Below, one piece after another: positions 39,045 through 48,628 of a stretch of DNA of 64,000 nt (its first letter is position 1; every line of letters begins with the position of its first letter). The translations under genes and the position numbers were made by a program. The DNA comes from an uncultured Candidatus Rokubacteria bacterium (lineage in GTDB: Bacteria > Methylomirabilota > Methylomirabilia > Rokubacteriales > CSP1-6), in NCBI GenBank assembly GCA_963747235.1, contig CAVVEU010000003.1:1-64000 (forward strand). The letters are read 5' to 3'. The notes below the pieces were generated by a model. That model did no database searches. It saw nothing but the letters and a program-made list of their open reading frames with translations, and was not told the DNA's origin.

Positions 39045-40478
39045 ATGATCGACGCCGCGGACGTCCGGGCGGCCCGCGCGCGACTGGGCCGCATCATCGC
39101 CGAGACGCCTTGCCCCTACTCGGAGACCCTCTCCGCGCTGACGGGCGCCCGCGTCTACGTGAAGCTGGAGAACCTCCAGATGACGGGCTCCTTCAAGGAG
39201 CGGGGCGCGGCCAACCTGCTCCTGCAGCTCTCTCCGGACGAGCGCCGGCGCGGCGTCGTCGCGGCCAGCGCGGGCAACCATGGCCTGGGCGTCGCCTTCC
39301 ACGCGGCGAAGCTCGGTATCTCCGCCGTGATCGTCATGCCCGAGTGGGCGCCGCTGGCCAAGGTGACGTCCGCCCGCCGCCGCGGGGCGGAGGTCATCCT
39401 GCACGGGGAGAACTTCGAGGAGGCCCACGCCCGCGCCCGCTCGATCGAGGCCGAGCGCGGCCTGGTCTTCGTGCATCCGTTCGACGATCCGCGCGTCATC
39501 GCCGGCCAGGGCACGATCGGGCTCGAGCTGCTGGAGCAGGTATCGGACCTGGACGCGGTGCTGGTGCCCGTGGGCGGCGGGGGCCTCATCGGCGGCATCG
39601 CCACCGCGATCAAGGCGGAGCGGCCCGCGGTGAAGGTGATCGGCGTGCAGGCGCGGGAGATCGCGGCCATGCAGGCGGCGCTGGCCGGCGACGCTCGCGA
39701 TCTCTTGCCGGCCGCCACCACCATCGCCGACGGTATCGCGGTACGCCGCGTGGGCGAACAGACGCTGGCCCTCGCCCGGCGCTACGTGGACGCCGTGGTG
39801 ACCGTCAGCGAGGAGGAGATCGCCAACGCCATCCTTCTGCTGCTGGAGATCGAGAAGACCGTCGTGGAGGGCGCCGGGGCGGTCCCGCTGGCCGCCCTGG
39901 CCAACCGGCGGGTGGCCCTCGAGGGCCAGACGGTGGCGCTGGTGGTCTCGGGCGGCAATATCGACGTCAACCTGATCGCGCGGGTCATCGAGCGGGGCCT
40001 GGTGAAGGACGGGCGGCTCGTGCGCCTGCGGGTCCGTCTGCGCGACCGCCCGGGCGCTCTGGCGGCGCTCACCGCGATCGTGGCCCGTACGCGCGCCAAC
40101 GTGCTCGGGATCGAGCACGACCGGGCTTTCTCGAGGGCGCCGCTGGGAGACAGCGAGGTCGAGCTGACGCTCGAGACCTCCGGCCCCGAGCAGATCGAGG
40201 CCATCAAGCGCGAGCTGCGAGGGGTACGCGGCCGAGAGGTGCCGGCTACGGCGGGCCGCCGCGAGGGCGACCGCCGGCCGGGAATCAGTCGCGAGCAGGC
40301 CGCCTTGCGCCGCTTCCAGGCCGCGCCGGCCATCCCGGCCAGCGACGTGCCCAGCAAGAGCAGCGTGCCGGGCTCCGGCGTCGCCGCCAGATCCGGGTCG
40401 GCCTGTCCGATGTCCACCTTCCCGACGGTGAAGTCATCGAAATTGAAGCGGTCGGTGGCAAAGCTATTGTTGAAGTGA
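39045..40478 (+). CDS. ilvA: Threonine ammonia-lyase with ACT domain (true 3' end probably near 40250-40290)
   Basis: KLENLQMTGSFKERGA, SAGNH, GGGGL, SGGNID, DRPGAL. Confidence 0.88.
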   Translation: MIDAADVRAARARLGRIIAETPCPYSETLSALTGARVYVKLENLQMTGSFKERGAANLLLQLSPDERRRGVVAASAGNHGLGVAFHAAKLGISAVIVMPEWAPLAKVTSARRRGAEVILHGENFEEAHARARSIEAERGLVFVHPFDDPRVIAGQGTIGLELLEQVSDLDAVLVPVGGGGLIGGIATAIKAERPAVKVIGVQAREIAAMQAALAGDARDLLPAATTIADGIAVRRVGEQTLALARRYVDAVVTVSEEEIANAILLLLEIEKTVVEGAGAVPLAALANRRVALEGQTVALVVSGGNIDVNLIARVIERGLVKDGRLVRLRVRLRDRPGALAALTAIVARTRANVLGIEHDRAFSRAPLGDSEVELTLETSGPEQIEAIKRELRGVRGREVPATAGRREGDRRPGISREQAALRRFQAAPAIPASDVPSKSSVPGSGVAARSGSACPMSTFPTVKSSKLKRSVAKLLLK

Positions 40479-40974
40479 GCACGCTGAACGGCGTCGTGTC
40501 GGTGACACCGTAGAAGAATACGCTGCCGTTGGTCGCACCCGCGTGCGGGACGTTCCCGAATTCGGTGAGATTGAGCTGGCCGCCCACGTCTCCGACGTCG
40601 ATCCCATAGAAGCCCAACGCGGTTACCGCGCTGTTGAGCGTCAGCGTGAAGCCGGTCCCGTCGAGCCGCAGCAGCTTGGTCCCCGAGATCGGAAACCCGC
40701 CGTCTCCGTCATGGGTGCCACCGTAGCGATCGCGTATGCTCGAAGCCGAGATTGATCGGAGCGCCGCCGTCCGTCAGCCCCTCGAGGTTCTGGGTCGTAG
40801 GCGACACGATGTGGGTGTTGAAGTTCCCCCGCGCGGCGTCGGCGTTCGGCCGGCTAGCGAGCGGCACCCCACCGGGCGCCCCCAAGTCTTGCCCGAAGTA
40901 GAAGATGGGGCCGCCTCCGCGGCGCCGAACGTCAGCAGCAGTGCCGCGAGACTGCCGATCCAGTGCTTGGTCAT
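40285..40974 (-). CDS. PEP-CTERM protein (several frameshifts)
   Basis: Signal MTKHWIGSLAALLLTFGAAEAAP; ALGFYGIDVGD; TPEPGTLLLLGTSLAGMAGAAWKRRK. Confidence 0.8.
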
Positions 40975-40996
40975 GGACCCTCCTGAAGGGGTCCTT

Positions 40997-41012
40997 CGCA
41001 AACTGTGTGCCG
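40997..41012 (-). promoter_or_regulatory. sigma54 promoter of the PEP-CTERM gene
   Basis: CGGCACACAGTTTGCG; IHF-like AATCAGCAGCTTG at 41028-41040. Confidence 0.75.
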
Positions 41013-41114
41013 TGCCTCGACCTCACGAATCAGCAGCTTGGCCTTCATCCAGACCCGGGCTGACCCTCGTGTGCCAGATCTGTGAAGAATATTTCCTAGT
41101 CAGCGGAATCGCAT

Positions 41115-42192
41115 TCAGGTACCGGAGTGCGGCGTACCGGGCGGCGACGCACCGGCCGGGCTGGCCAGCCAGTCCCTCACCGTGGTGTAGCCGTAGCGGA
41201 GGGCGGCCCGGCTGGCCTCGAAGCCCATGGACGGGCCCACCAGGGGTGATGGCTGGGGCTCCGGCTGGATCACCAGGATCTCGATCTCGGGATGCAGAAG
41301 CTTGACCTCGCGCAGCCCGAGATTGAACAGGTTGAGGCTCGCGATGTGGCCGGTCTGCTCCATGATGGCGTAGAGCCCGCCCCGCCGGATCTCGGGCCCG
41401 TCCTGCTCGTGCAGGCACTGCGGGACCGCGGGGTTGACCGCGACCAGGACGGTGGCGCCCGCGTCCACCGCCAGGTCGGCGTGGCCCGTGTAGCCCACGT
41501 CGCCGTCCACGTAGTCGCGGCCCCCGATCCGGTAGGGCTCGAAGAAGCCGGGGATCGCCGACGAGGCCGCGATGGCCTGGGAGATCGGTACGTCCATCAG
41601 ATCGCCCTGGCCGAAGACGACACGCTCGGCGCGGTCGAGCGCGATCGCGGCGATCAGCAGCGGCCGCGGCGTGCCGGTGAAGCTGTTCGAGAGCCCCTTG
41701 GCCTGAAACGCTTCCCGGATGTAGGCCTCGAGCGGCGACAGCGAGAAGAAGCCGGCCGGCATGTCGCCGCCGCTGCGCGCGAGCAGGTCCGGCCACTCGA
41801 GGCGGAAATCGATGAGCGGCGCGCTTGCCGATGGCCCACATGAACTGGGCCACGTTGCGCGTCGCGGCCGAGAACGAGCCCTTGTGGTAGACCGCGCCGC
41901 GGTTGAAGTTGAGCGGGTCGTCGCGCTCCTCGTCCAGGATCGCGTACAGGTCGCGCGGGCGCACCCCGTTGGCCATGAGCGCGGCGACCACCGAGCCGGC
42001 GCTCGAGCCCACGTAGAGGTCGAAGTCGTTGGCGCGAAAGCCGGGCAGCGCCTCGTCGAGCGCGGCGAGGGCACCGACCTCGTACATGCCGCCGATGACC
42101 CCGCCGCCGGCGAGCACGAGGGCACGGCGCTCGGGGGGCCGGCTCCAGCCCAGACGCTGGAGCCAGCCGCGAAGACCGTCGGGAGGGCTCAC
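41115..42192 (-). CDS. Patatin-like phospholipase (frameshift near 41820)
   Basis: LAGGG..GG, GSSAG, ASSAIPG, YVDGD. Confidence 0.85.
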
Positions 42193-43292
42193 CAGCGCAG
42201 GAGCGTGGCCCCCCACGAGAAGCCGGTGCCGAAGGCCACCAGCATGACGAGGTCGCCATCCTTGATGCGGCCCTCGGCCAGCGCCTCGTGGAGGCAGATG
42301 GGAACGGACGCGCCCGCCGTGTTGCCGTAGCGGGCCAGGTTGTTGAAGTATCGCTCGGGCGGGATCTGGAAGTGCTCGGCGGCTGCCTCGATGATGCGCA
42401 GGTTCGCCTGGTGGAAGAGGTAGCAGTCCACGTCGGCCGCCCGCAGGCCATTGGCGTCGAGCGACTCCTGCACGACTTCCCGCACCCGCCGGACCGCGTT
42501 CACGAAGACGGCGCGCCCGTTCATGCGCGGGCGCACGCGGCCGTCGTCGATCTTCTTCTTGGACACCGGCGGGAACGTGGACGAGCCCCACATCTCGCCG
42601 TACAGGGCGTCCACCGCGGTGCCGTCCGAATGGAGGTGATGCGAGATCAGCCCGCGCGGGTGGGCCGCGTCCGTCTCGACGGCCTCGAGCACCACGGCCC
42701 CCGCCCCGTCGGCGAAGAGCACCGCCATGTCGCGCCCCTCGTCGGTGTAGTCGAAGGCGGACGAGAGCAGCTCCGCGCCGACCACGAGGACGCGCCGGTA
42801 CATCCCGCCCCGGATGAGCTGATCGCCGAGCGCCAGCCCGTAGACGAAGCCCGCGCAGCCCTGGGCCAGGTTGAAGACGGGGGTGCTCGTGAGCCCGAGG
42901 CGGCCCTGCATCACGCAGCCGGGCGCGGGATACGCGAGATCCGGCAGCGTGCTGGACTGGATGATGCAATCGAGATCCTCGGGGCCGATCCCCGCGTTCT
43001 TCAGCGCCATCCGCGACGCCTCGATGGCCAGGTCCGTGACGGTCAGCGAGGAATCGATCTGCCCGTCCAGGCCTCGCTCGCGGACCTCGCGCATGAAGGC
43101 GGGCTTGTCGGGCGCCTCCGCGAGCCGCAGCAGCATGCGGTACGTGTCGGGCGACATGCGGCGCTCGCGGATGCCGGTGCGCTGGGTGATCCACTCGTCG
43201 CTCGTGCTCATGCAGCGGGAGAGCAGGTCGTTGGTGACGACGCAGTCCGGCACTGACATGCCCGTGGCGGTGATCCTGGCCCGGAGGGTCAT
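42189..43292 (-). CDS. Beta-ketoacyl-ACP synthase III (FabH family) with an N-terminal insertion
   Basis: WITQRTGIRERR, GCAGF, FHQAN, YGNT, FGTGFSWG. Confidence 0.88.
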   Translation of the reverse strand: MTLRARITATGMSVPDCVVTNDLLSRCMSTSDEWITQRTGIRERRMSPDTYRMLLRLAEAPDKPAFMREVRERGLDGQIDSSLTVTDLAIEASRMALKNAGIGPEDLDCIIQSSTLPDLAYPAPGCVMQGRLGLTSTPVFNLAQGCAGFVYGLALGDQLIRGGMYRRVLVVGAELLSSAFDYTDEGRDMAVLFADGAGAVVLEAVETDAAHPRGLISHHLHSDGTAVDALYGEMWGSSTFPPVSKKKIDDGRVRPRMNGRAVFVNAVRRVREVVQESLDANGLRAADVDCYLFHQANLRIIEAAAEHFQIPPERYFNNLARYGNTAGASVPICLHEALAEGRIKDGDLVMLVAFGTGFSWGATLLRW

Positions 43293-44096
43293 GTGCCGGT
43301 GAACTTCGGGGCGCGCTTCTCGAGGAAGGCGCGCACGCCCTCGGCGTGGTCGTCGGTGGTGATGCTCTGCGCCTGGGCGTAGGCCTCGAAGCCGAGCGAG
43401 GTGCCCAGGTCCACCGTGGTCGAGCGGTTCAGCAGCGCCTTGGCGAGGCCGATCGCGCCCGGCGGGCCCGCCGCGATGCGGGCGGCCAGGGCCCGCGTCG
43501 TGGCCTCGAGCTCGGCCGCGGGCACGACCCGGTTGACGAGGCCGATCCGCAGCGCCTCCGCCGCGTCGATGATGTCGGCGGAGAAGACCAGCTCCTTGGC
43601 CTTGGCGAGGCCGACCAGACGCGGCAGGAGCCAGGTGCCGCCGCCGTCGGGCACCAGCCCGATCTTGGCGAAGACCTCGCCGAAGCGGGCGCGATCGGAC
43701 GCGATCACGATGTCGCACGCCGAGCGCTATGTTGCAGCCGGCACCGACCGCGAAGCCGTCCACCATCGCGATCGTGGGCTTCGGGTACTCGAAGAGGCGG
43801 ATGATGAAGCGGTTCAGCGACTCCACGCGCGCGCGGCCCTCGGCGGCGGTCTGCCGCTTCGCGGCCATGGTCTTCACGTCGCCGCCCGCCGAGAAGTGCC
43901 CGCCCCCGCCGGTCAGGATGACCACGCGGACGGCCGCCTCCGCCTCCAGCTCGTCCAGCGCGGTCAGCAGCTCGCGCCGCATGACGAGATCGAGCGCGTT
44001 GCGGGCCTGCGGCCGGTTGAGCGTGATCGTGGCGACCCCGTCGGTCCGATCGACCAGCCCGTTGGTGCGATCTACCAGAATGGTGCTGTAGCCCAT
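43289..44096 (-). CDS. Enoyl-CoA hydratase/isomerase (frameshift near 43720)
   Basis: TLNRPQARNA, FSAGGD, GLVPDGG, AFLEKRAPKF. Confidence 0.88.
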
Positions 44097-44280
44097 CAGC
44101 TTCCTCCCGCCACCGGGTGCGGCCGCGACGGTATCGGCACCGCGCGGCACGCCGGCCGGGCGTGCTCGTTGATGGAAAGGCTCAGGATCGCCGCGATCAG
44201 AAACAAGCCGTCGGCCACCCCGAAGGCGGCGCCGTAGCCGCCGGTCACGCCGGACCGGCACTGCTGGGCGCCTTTGCCAT
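44096..44280 (-). pseudogene. Remnant resembling the last TM helix of an MFS transporter
   Basis: GVTGGYGAAFGVADGLFLIAAILSLSINE...GGS*; its TGA overlaps the next ATG. Confidence 0.45.
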
Positions 44281-44367
44281 GACGGCACCAAGTATAGCGC
44301 CACTTGACGCCTTCTCCGGCCTGGTGGATTCGCGGGCGGTCGCGCGCGGCGTGCTATTCTTTTTCCC

Positions 44368-45183
44368 ATGACGCTCGCTCGCGTTCTCGGATTGCCCTCC
44401 GGTACGTCTCGCGCCGTGATCGGCATGGTGCATCTCCGCGCGCTGCCGGGCAGCCCCCGCTGGGACGGCGACATGCCCGCGCTCGTGCGCGCCGCCCTCG
44501 ACGACGCGCGCGCCCTGGCCGAGGGCGGCGCCGACGCGCTCCTCGTGGAGAATCACGGCGACGTGCCCTTCACCGCGCGGCGGGTGGACGCGGCCACCGT
44601 CGCCGGGATGGCGGTCGCGATCGCGGAGATCCGGCGCGCGCTGCCGCTGCCGGTCGGCGTCAACGTGCTCAAGAACGACGTGCGGTCCGCCCTCGCGGTG
44701 GCCGCCGCCACCGGCGCGCGCTTCGTGCGCGTGAACGTCCACGTGGGCGCGGTCGCCGCCGACCAGGGCATCATCGAGTCGGACGCGCACGATACCTTGC
44801 GCTACCGGCGGCTGCTCGGCCTGGAGATCGGCATCCTGGCCGACGTGCAGGCCAAGCACGGTCTGCCGCTGGCGCCGATGCCGCTCGAGCAGGAGGCGCG
44901 CGACTGCTACGCGCGCGGGCTGGCCGACGCGCTCGTGGTCTCGGGCGTGGCCACCGGCGAGCCCACCCCGATGGCCGATCTCAAGCGCGTGCGCGGCGCG
45001 GTGCCCGAGGCCCCGCTCCTCGTGGGCAGCGGCGCCTCGCCCGAGACCGTCGCCGAGCTGCTCTCGGTGGCCGACGCGGTCATCGTGGGCACCTCGATCA
45101 AGCGCGACGGGCGGCTCTCGAACCCGGTGGACGTCGAGCGCGTCCGGCGCCTCGTCGCGGCCGCCCGCGGCACGCGCGCCTGA
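44368..45183 (+). CDS. BtpA/SgcQ-family TIM-barrel protein
   Basis: IGMVHL..LPG, VENHGDVP, GVNVL.ND, ADVQAKH, VGSG. Confidence 0.9.
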   Translation: MTLARVLGLPSGTSRAVIGMVHLRALPGSPRWDGDMPALVRAALDDARALAEGGADALLVENHGDVPFTARRVDAATVAGMAVAIAEIRRALPLPVGVNVLKNDVRSALAVAAATGARFVRVNVHVGAVAADQGIIESDAHDTLRYRRLLGLEIGILADVQAKHGLPLAPMPLEQEARDCYARGLADALVVSGVATGEPTPMADLKRVRGAVPEAPLLVGSGASPETVAELLSVADAVIVGTSIKRDGRLSNPVDVERVRRLVAAARGTRA

Positions 45184-46353
45184 TGTCTCCCTCTCCCTCC
45201 CCGAGGGAGAGGGCCGGGGTGAGGGTGCCCCGGCTTCGCCTCGGCGTCCTCGTCGCGGCTCTCGCGCTCTCGGGTTGCGCCCTGATCACACCCCGCCCCG
45301 CGCCCGATCCCGTCCAGCTCCGCGTCGCCGACCTGCTCCTCATCGGCTTCAACGGCACGCAGGTCGCGGGCAACGAGGAGATCCGCCGGCTCGTCTGCGA
45401 CGTCAAGGTGGGGGGCGTGCTCCTCTTCGAGCGCTTCGCCGGCTCCGGGCAGCCGCGCAACATGGTGAGCCCCGACGCAGGTGACCGAGCTCACGCGCGA
45501 TCTGCAGGCCCTCGCGGCGCGATGCGTGGGCCGCCCGCTCTTCATCGCGGTGGACGCCGAGGGCGGCCGCGTCATGCGCCTCTCGCCGCGTCTCGGCTAT
45601 CCGCCGACCCTGCCCGCGAAGGAGCTGGGCGAGCGTGACGACCCCGCCTTCACCCAGGCCGAGGCGCGGCGCATGGGCGAGATGCTGCGCGAGGCCGGGA
45701 TCAACTGGAACCTGGCCCCGGTCGTGGACGTGGCGGTGGACCCGACCAATCCGGCGATCGTCGCGCTCGGGCGCTCGTACTCGTCCGACCCGGAGCGAGT
45801 CGCCGCGCATGCGCGCGCGTTCGTGCTCGGCATGCACGAGGCGGGCGTGCTCACGTCGCTCAAGCACTTCCCCGGCCACGGGTCGAGCCGCCAGGACTCG
45901 CATCACGGCTTCACCGACGTGAGCGACACCGCCCGGCTCCGGGTCGAGCTCGCCCCGTTTCGCAGGTTGATCGCGGCGGGGCTGGCCGATAGCGTCATGA
46001 CCGCGCACGTCTTCAACCGCGGGCTCGACCCCTGGGACCCGGCCACGCTGTCACGCTTCACGGTGCAGCGCGTCCTGCGTGGGTGGCTGCACTACGACGG
46101 CGTGGCGGTCTCCGACGACCTGCTCATGGGCGCCATCGCCCAGCACTACGGGCTCGAGGACGCGGCGGTTCTCGCGCTGGGCGCCGGCGTGGACGTGCTG
46201 CTCATCGCGCAGAACACCACCAGGCAGGACGACCGCGCGGCCGAGCGCGTGATCGCCGCCATCACCCGCGCCCTCGCCGCGGGCACCCTCAGCGAGTCCC
46301 GCGTCCGCGAGGCGGTCGCCCGAGTCGACGCCCTCCGCGCGAAGCTCAAGTAG
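45183..46353 (+). CDS. nagZ: GH3 beta-N-acetylhexosaminidase lipoprotein (start 45183 or 45225; frameshift near 45475)
   Basis: Lipobox LSGC; DAEGGRV, KHFPGHG, SDDLLM. Confidence 0.85.
45189..45225 (-). repeat. REP family B copy
   Basis: CCCTCTCCCTCCCCGAGGGAGAGGGCCGGGGTGAGGG on the plus strand. Confidence 0.8.
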
Positions 46354-46436
46354 GGGTCAGGTCTTGAATTACGACATTTGTCTCGTATCCGGCGAAGCGG
46401 CCGGCGCGGAAATGTCGTAATTCAAGACCTGACCCC
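46353..46436. repeat. REPIN-like element: two inverted 27-bp REP-A arms with a 30-bp spacer, between convergent genes
   Basis: GGGGTCAGGTCTTGAATTACGACATTT ... AAATGTCGTAATTCAAGACCTGACCCC. Confidence 0.92.
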
Positions 46437-46439
46437 AGA

Positions 46440-47366
46440 TTAGCGGTTGCGGAGAGATTGGAGGAAGCGCTCGACGTCGGCGCGCGTGGGGAGGGCGTCC
46501 TGGGCGCCGCGGCGCGTGCAGGTCAGGGCGGCGGCGGCGCCCGCGAGCGGGATGATCTGCTCGAGGCTGCCGCCGGCGGCGAGGCCGACCGCGAGGGCGC
46601 CGTTGAAGGCGTCGCCCGCCCCGGTGGTGTCCACCGCCTCCACCGGGAAGGCCTCGAAGTGCATCACCGAGCCGCCGTCGCAGACGAGCGCGCCCTGCTC
46701 GCCCAGCGTGATGATGACGGTCCCCGCGCCGCGCTCGACGAGCCGACCCGCCGCCTGCCGGCCCGTGTCGAGATCGTGCACCTCGATGCCGGTGAGCGCC
46801 ATGACCTCGCCCGCGTTCGGCGTCAGGTAGTCCACCAGCGCGAGCAGGTCGTCCGACAGCTCCTGCACCGGCGCGGGGTTGAGCACGGTGATGACGCCGT
46901 GCCGCCGCGCCGTCTCGAGCGCCCAGCGGACCACCGGCACCGGGACCTCCAGCTGGCAGAGGACCACCTCGGCCCACGCGATCGCGTCCTCCCCCCGCCG
47001 CGCCATGTCGACCGTGAGCGTGTGATTCGCTCCCGGGGCGACGCCGATCTGGTTCTGGCCCTCGCGGTCCACGAAGATCAGCGCGGTGCCGGTGGCGGCG
47101 TCGGGCGTGGTCACGAGCCCGTCCACGCCGATCCCCTGCTCCAGGAGCCCCCGGCGGATGTCCCCGCCCGAATCGTCGTCGCCCACGCAGCCGATCATCC
47201 GCACCTCGGCGCCGAGCCGCCGCGCGGCCACCGCCTGGTTGGCGCCCTTGCCGCCGCGATTGACCAGCAGCGTGCCCGACGAGACCGTCTCGCCCACGCG
47301 GGGCAGGCGCGGCAGGGCCACCGTGAAGTCCACGTTGGCCGAGCCGATCACGCAGAGACGGGGCAC
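46440..47366 (-). CDS. rbsK: Ribokinase
   Basis: IGSANVD, GGKGANQA, NPAP, DTTGAGDAF. Confidence 0.92.
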   Translation of the reverse strand: MPRLCVIGSANVDFTVALPRLPRVGETVSSGTLLVNRGGKGANQAVAARRLGAEVRMIGCVGDDDSGGDIRRGLLEQGIGVDGLVTTPDAATGTALIFVDREGQNQIGVAPGANHTLTVDMARRGEDAIAWAEVVLCQLEVPVPVVRWALETARRHGVITVLNPAPVQELSDDLLALVDYLTPNAGEVMALTGIEVHDLDTGRQAAGRLVERGAGTVIITLGEQGALVCDGGSVMHFEAFPVEAVDTTGAGDAFNGALAVGLAAGGSLEQIIPLAGAAAALTCTRRGAQDALPTRADVERFLQSLRNR

Positions 47367-48330
47367 AGACGCTCCAGGACCATCTCGCAGGACGCGCTCG
47401 GCGTCCACGTCCATCGCCACGCGGCAGGTGGACGCGCGCTTGCGGTGCGACGGAATCTCGCGGCGGTCGGCGAGCGAGAGGCCGCGCGTGAGCCGGCCCT
47501 CGCACTCGACCTCGACGTGGAGGGGCTCGAAGGTGACCAGCGAGGGATCGAGCGCCACCGCCATGGCCAGCGGGTCGTGCAGCACGATGCCGCCGCCCTC
47601 GCGCTCGGCTCCGAAGGCGAAGCCGTGCAGGGTGAAGTCCAGGATGAAGCGGGCGACCCGGTCGGAGCAGCGCAGCAGCCGCTCCGTGAGGGCCGTCTGC
47701 GCGAGCACCACCCGGCGCGTCACGTCGAGCGGGACCAGCTCCACCGGCAGCCCGGCCTCCAGCACCGCCGCGGCCGCCTCCGGATCCACGTAGAAGTTGA
47801 ACTCGGCGGCCGGCGTGATGTTGCCCGGCACCGCGATCGCCCCGCCCATGACCACGATCCGGCCGACCCGGCCGAGCCGCCGGGGGTCCTGCTGGAGGGC
47901 GAGCGCCAGGTTGGTCAGCGGCCCCAGGGCCACGATGGTGAGCTCGGGCCCCCAGCGATCTGCCGCGTCCAGAATCACTTCCGGTCCCGAGCGCATCTCA
48001 ATCGCGTAGGTCGGCTCCGGGTAGCGGGGCCGCCCGTCGGGCTCCACGAAGCGCTCGAGGTTGCCCAGCCCGTCCTGGCCGTGCACGTGATGCGCGGTGA
48101 CCAGCGCCCGCTTGAGCGGGGCCGGGGCGCCGCCGGCGAGCCGCGGCGGTGGCATCGGGCGCGACGACCGCGAGGATGCGGCGGGCATTCGCGGTCGCGC
48201 GATCCACCGCGACGTTGCCGGCGACGGTGGTGACGGCTTCCACGCGGACGTCGGACGAGCGCAGAGCGAGCAGGATCGCCAGCGCGTCGTCGATGCCGGG
48301 GTCGGTATCGATCAAGAGGTGCTGGGTCAT
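47348..48330 (-). CDS. Nucleoside hydrolase (frameshifts near 48150 and 47385)
   Basis: DTDPGIDDA, VHGQDGLG, GPLTN, AEFN..DPEAA, HDP. Confidence 0.9.
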
Positions 48331-48400
48331 TTGACAGTCCCCGCCGGGCTTCGTATCATACGCGGCAGTCCGGCGCAAACTCGGCGCAAAGGAGGATCGG

Positions 48401-48628
48401 ATGCACATCCGGATCACGTACTGCGGAGAGTGAAACTATCTCCCCCAGGCCTCCAGTTTGCAGGCCGCGATCAAGAGCAAGTACGGCATCGACTCCGAGC
48501 TGCGCGAAGGCGTCGGGGGCATCTTCACCGTCGAGGCCGACGACAAGATGATCTACGACAACCAGGTCACGTACCGCTTCCCCGAGGATCAGGAGGTCTT
48601 CACCGAGATCGACAAGCTCAAGGCTTGA
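48401..48628 (+). CDS. Rdx/SelW-family selenoprotein (CxxU, UGA at 48431); not in the ORF track
   Basis: AAGGAGG RBS; MHIRITYCGE(U)NYLPQASSLQAAIK...GVGGIFTVEAD...RFPE. Confidence 0.88.
48434..48466 (+). promoter_or_regulatory. Putative bacterial SECIS element
   Basis: Stem GGCCT/AGGCC closing an apical CA-GTT-TG; loop G lies 23 nt after the UGA. Confidence 0.65.

Noticed and set aside
42189-44474. 761-aa crotonase-FabH fusion
   Set aside because: Produced by the indel near 43720; the crotonase has its own C-terminus and an ATGA overlap with fabH.
46440-48188. Nucleoside hydrolase-ribokinase fusion ORF
   Set aside because: One frame change near 47385 restores a normal hydrolase end (MVLERLCPVSA*) overlapping a GTG start for rbsK.
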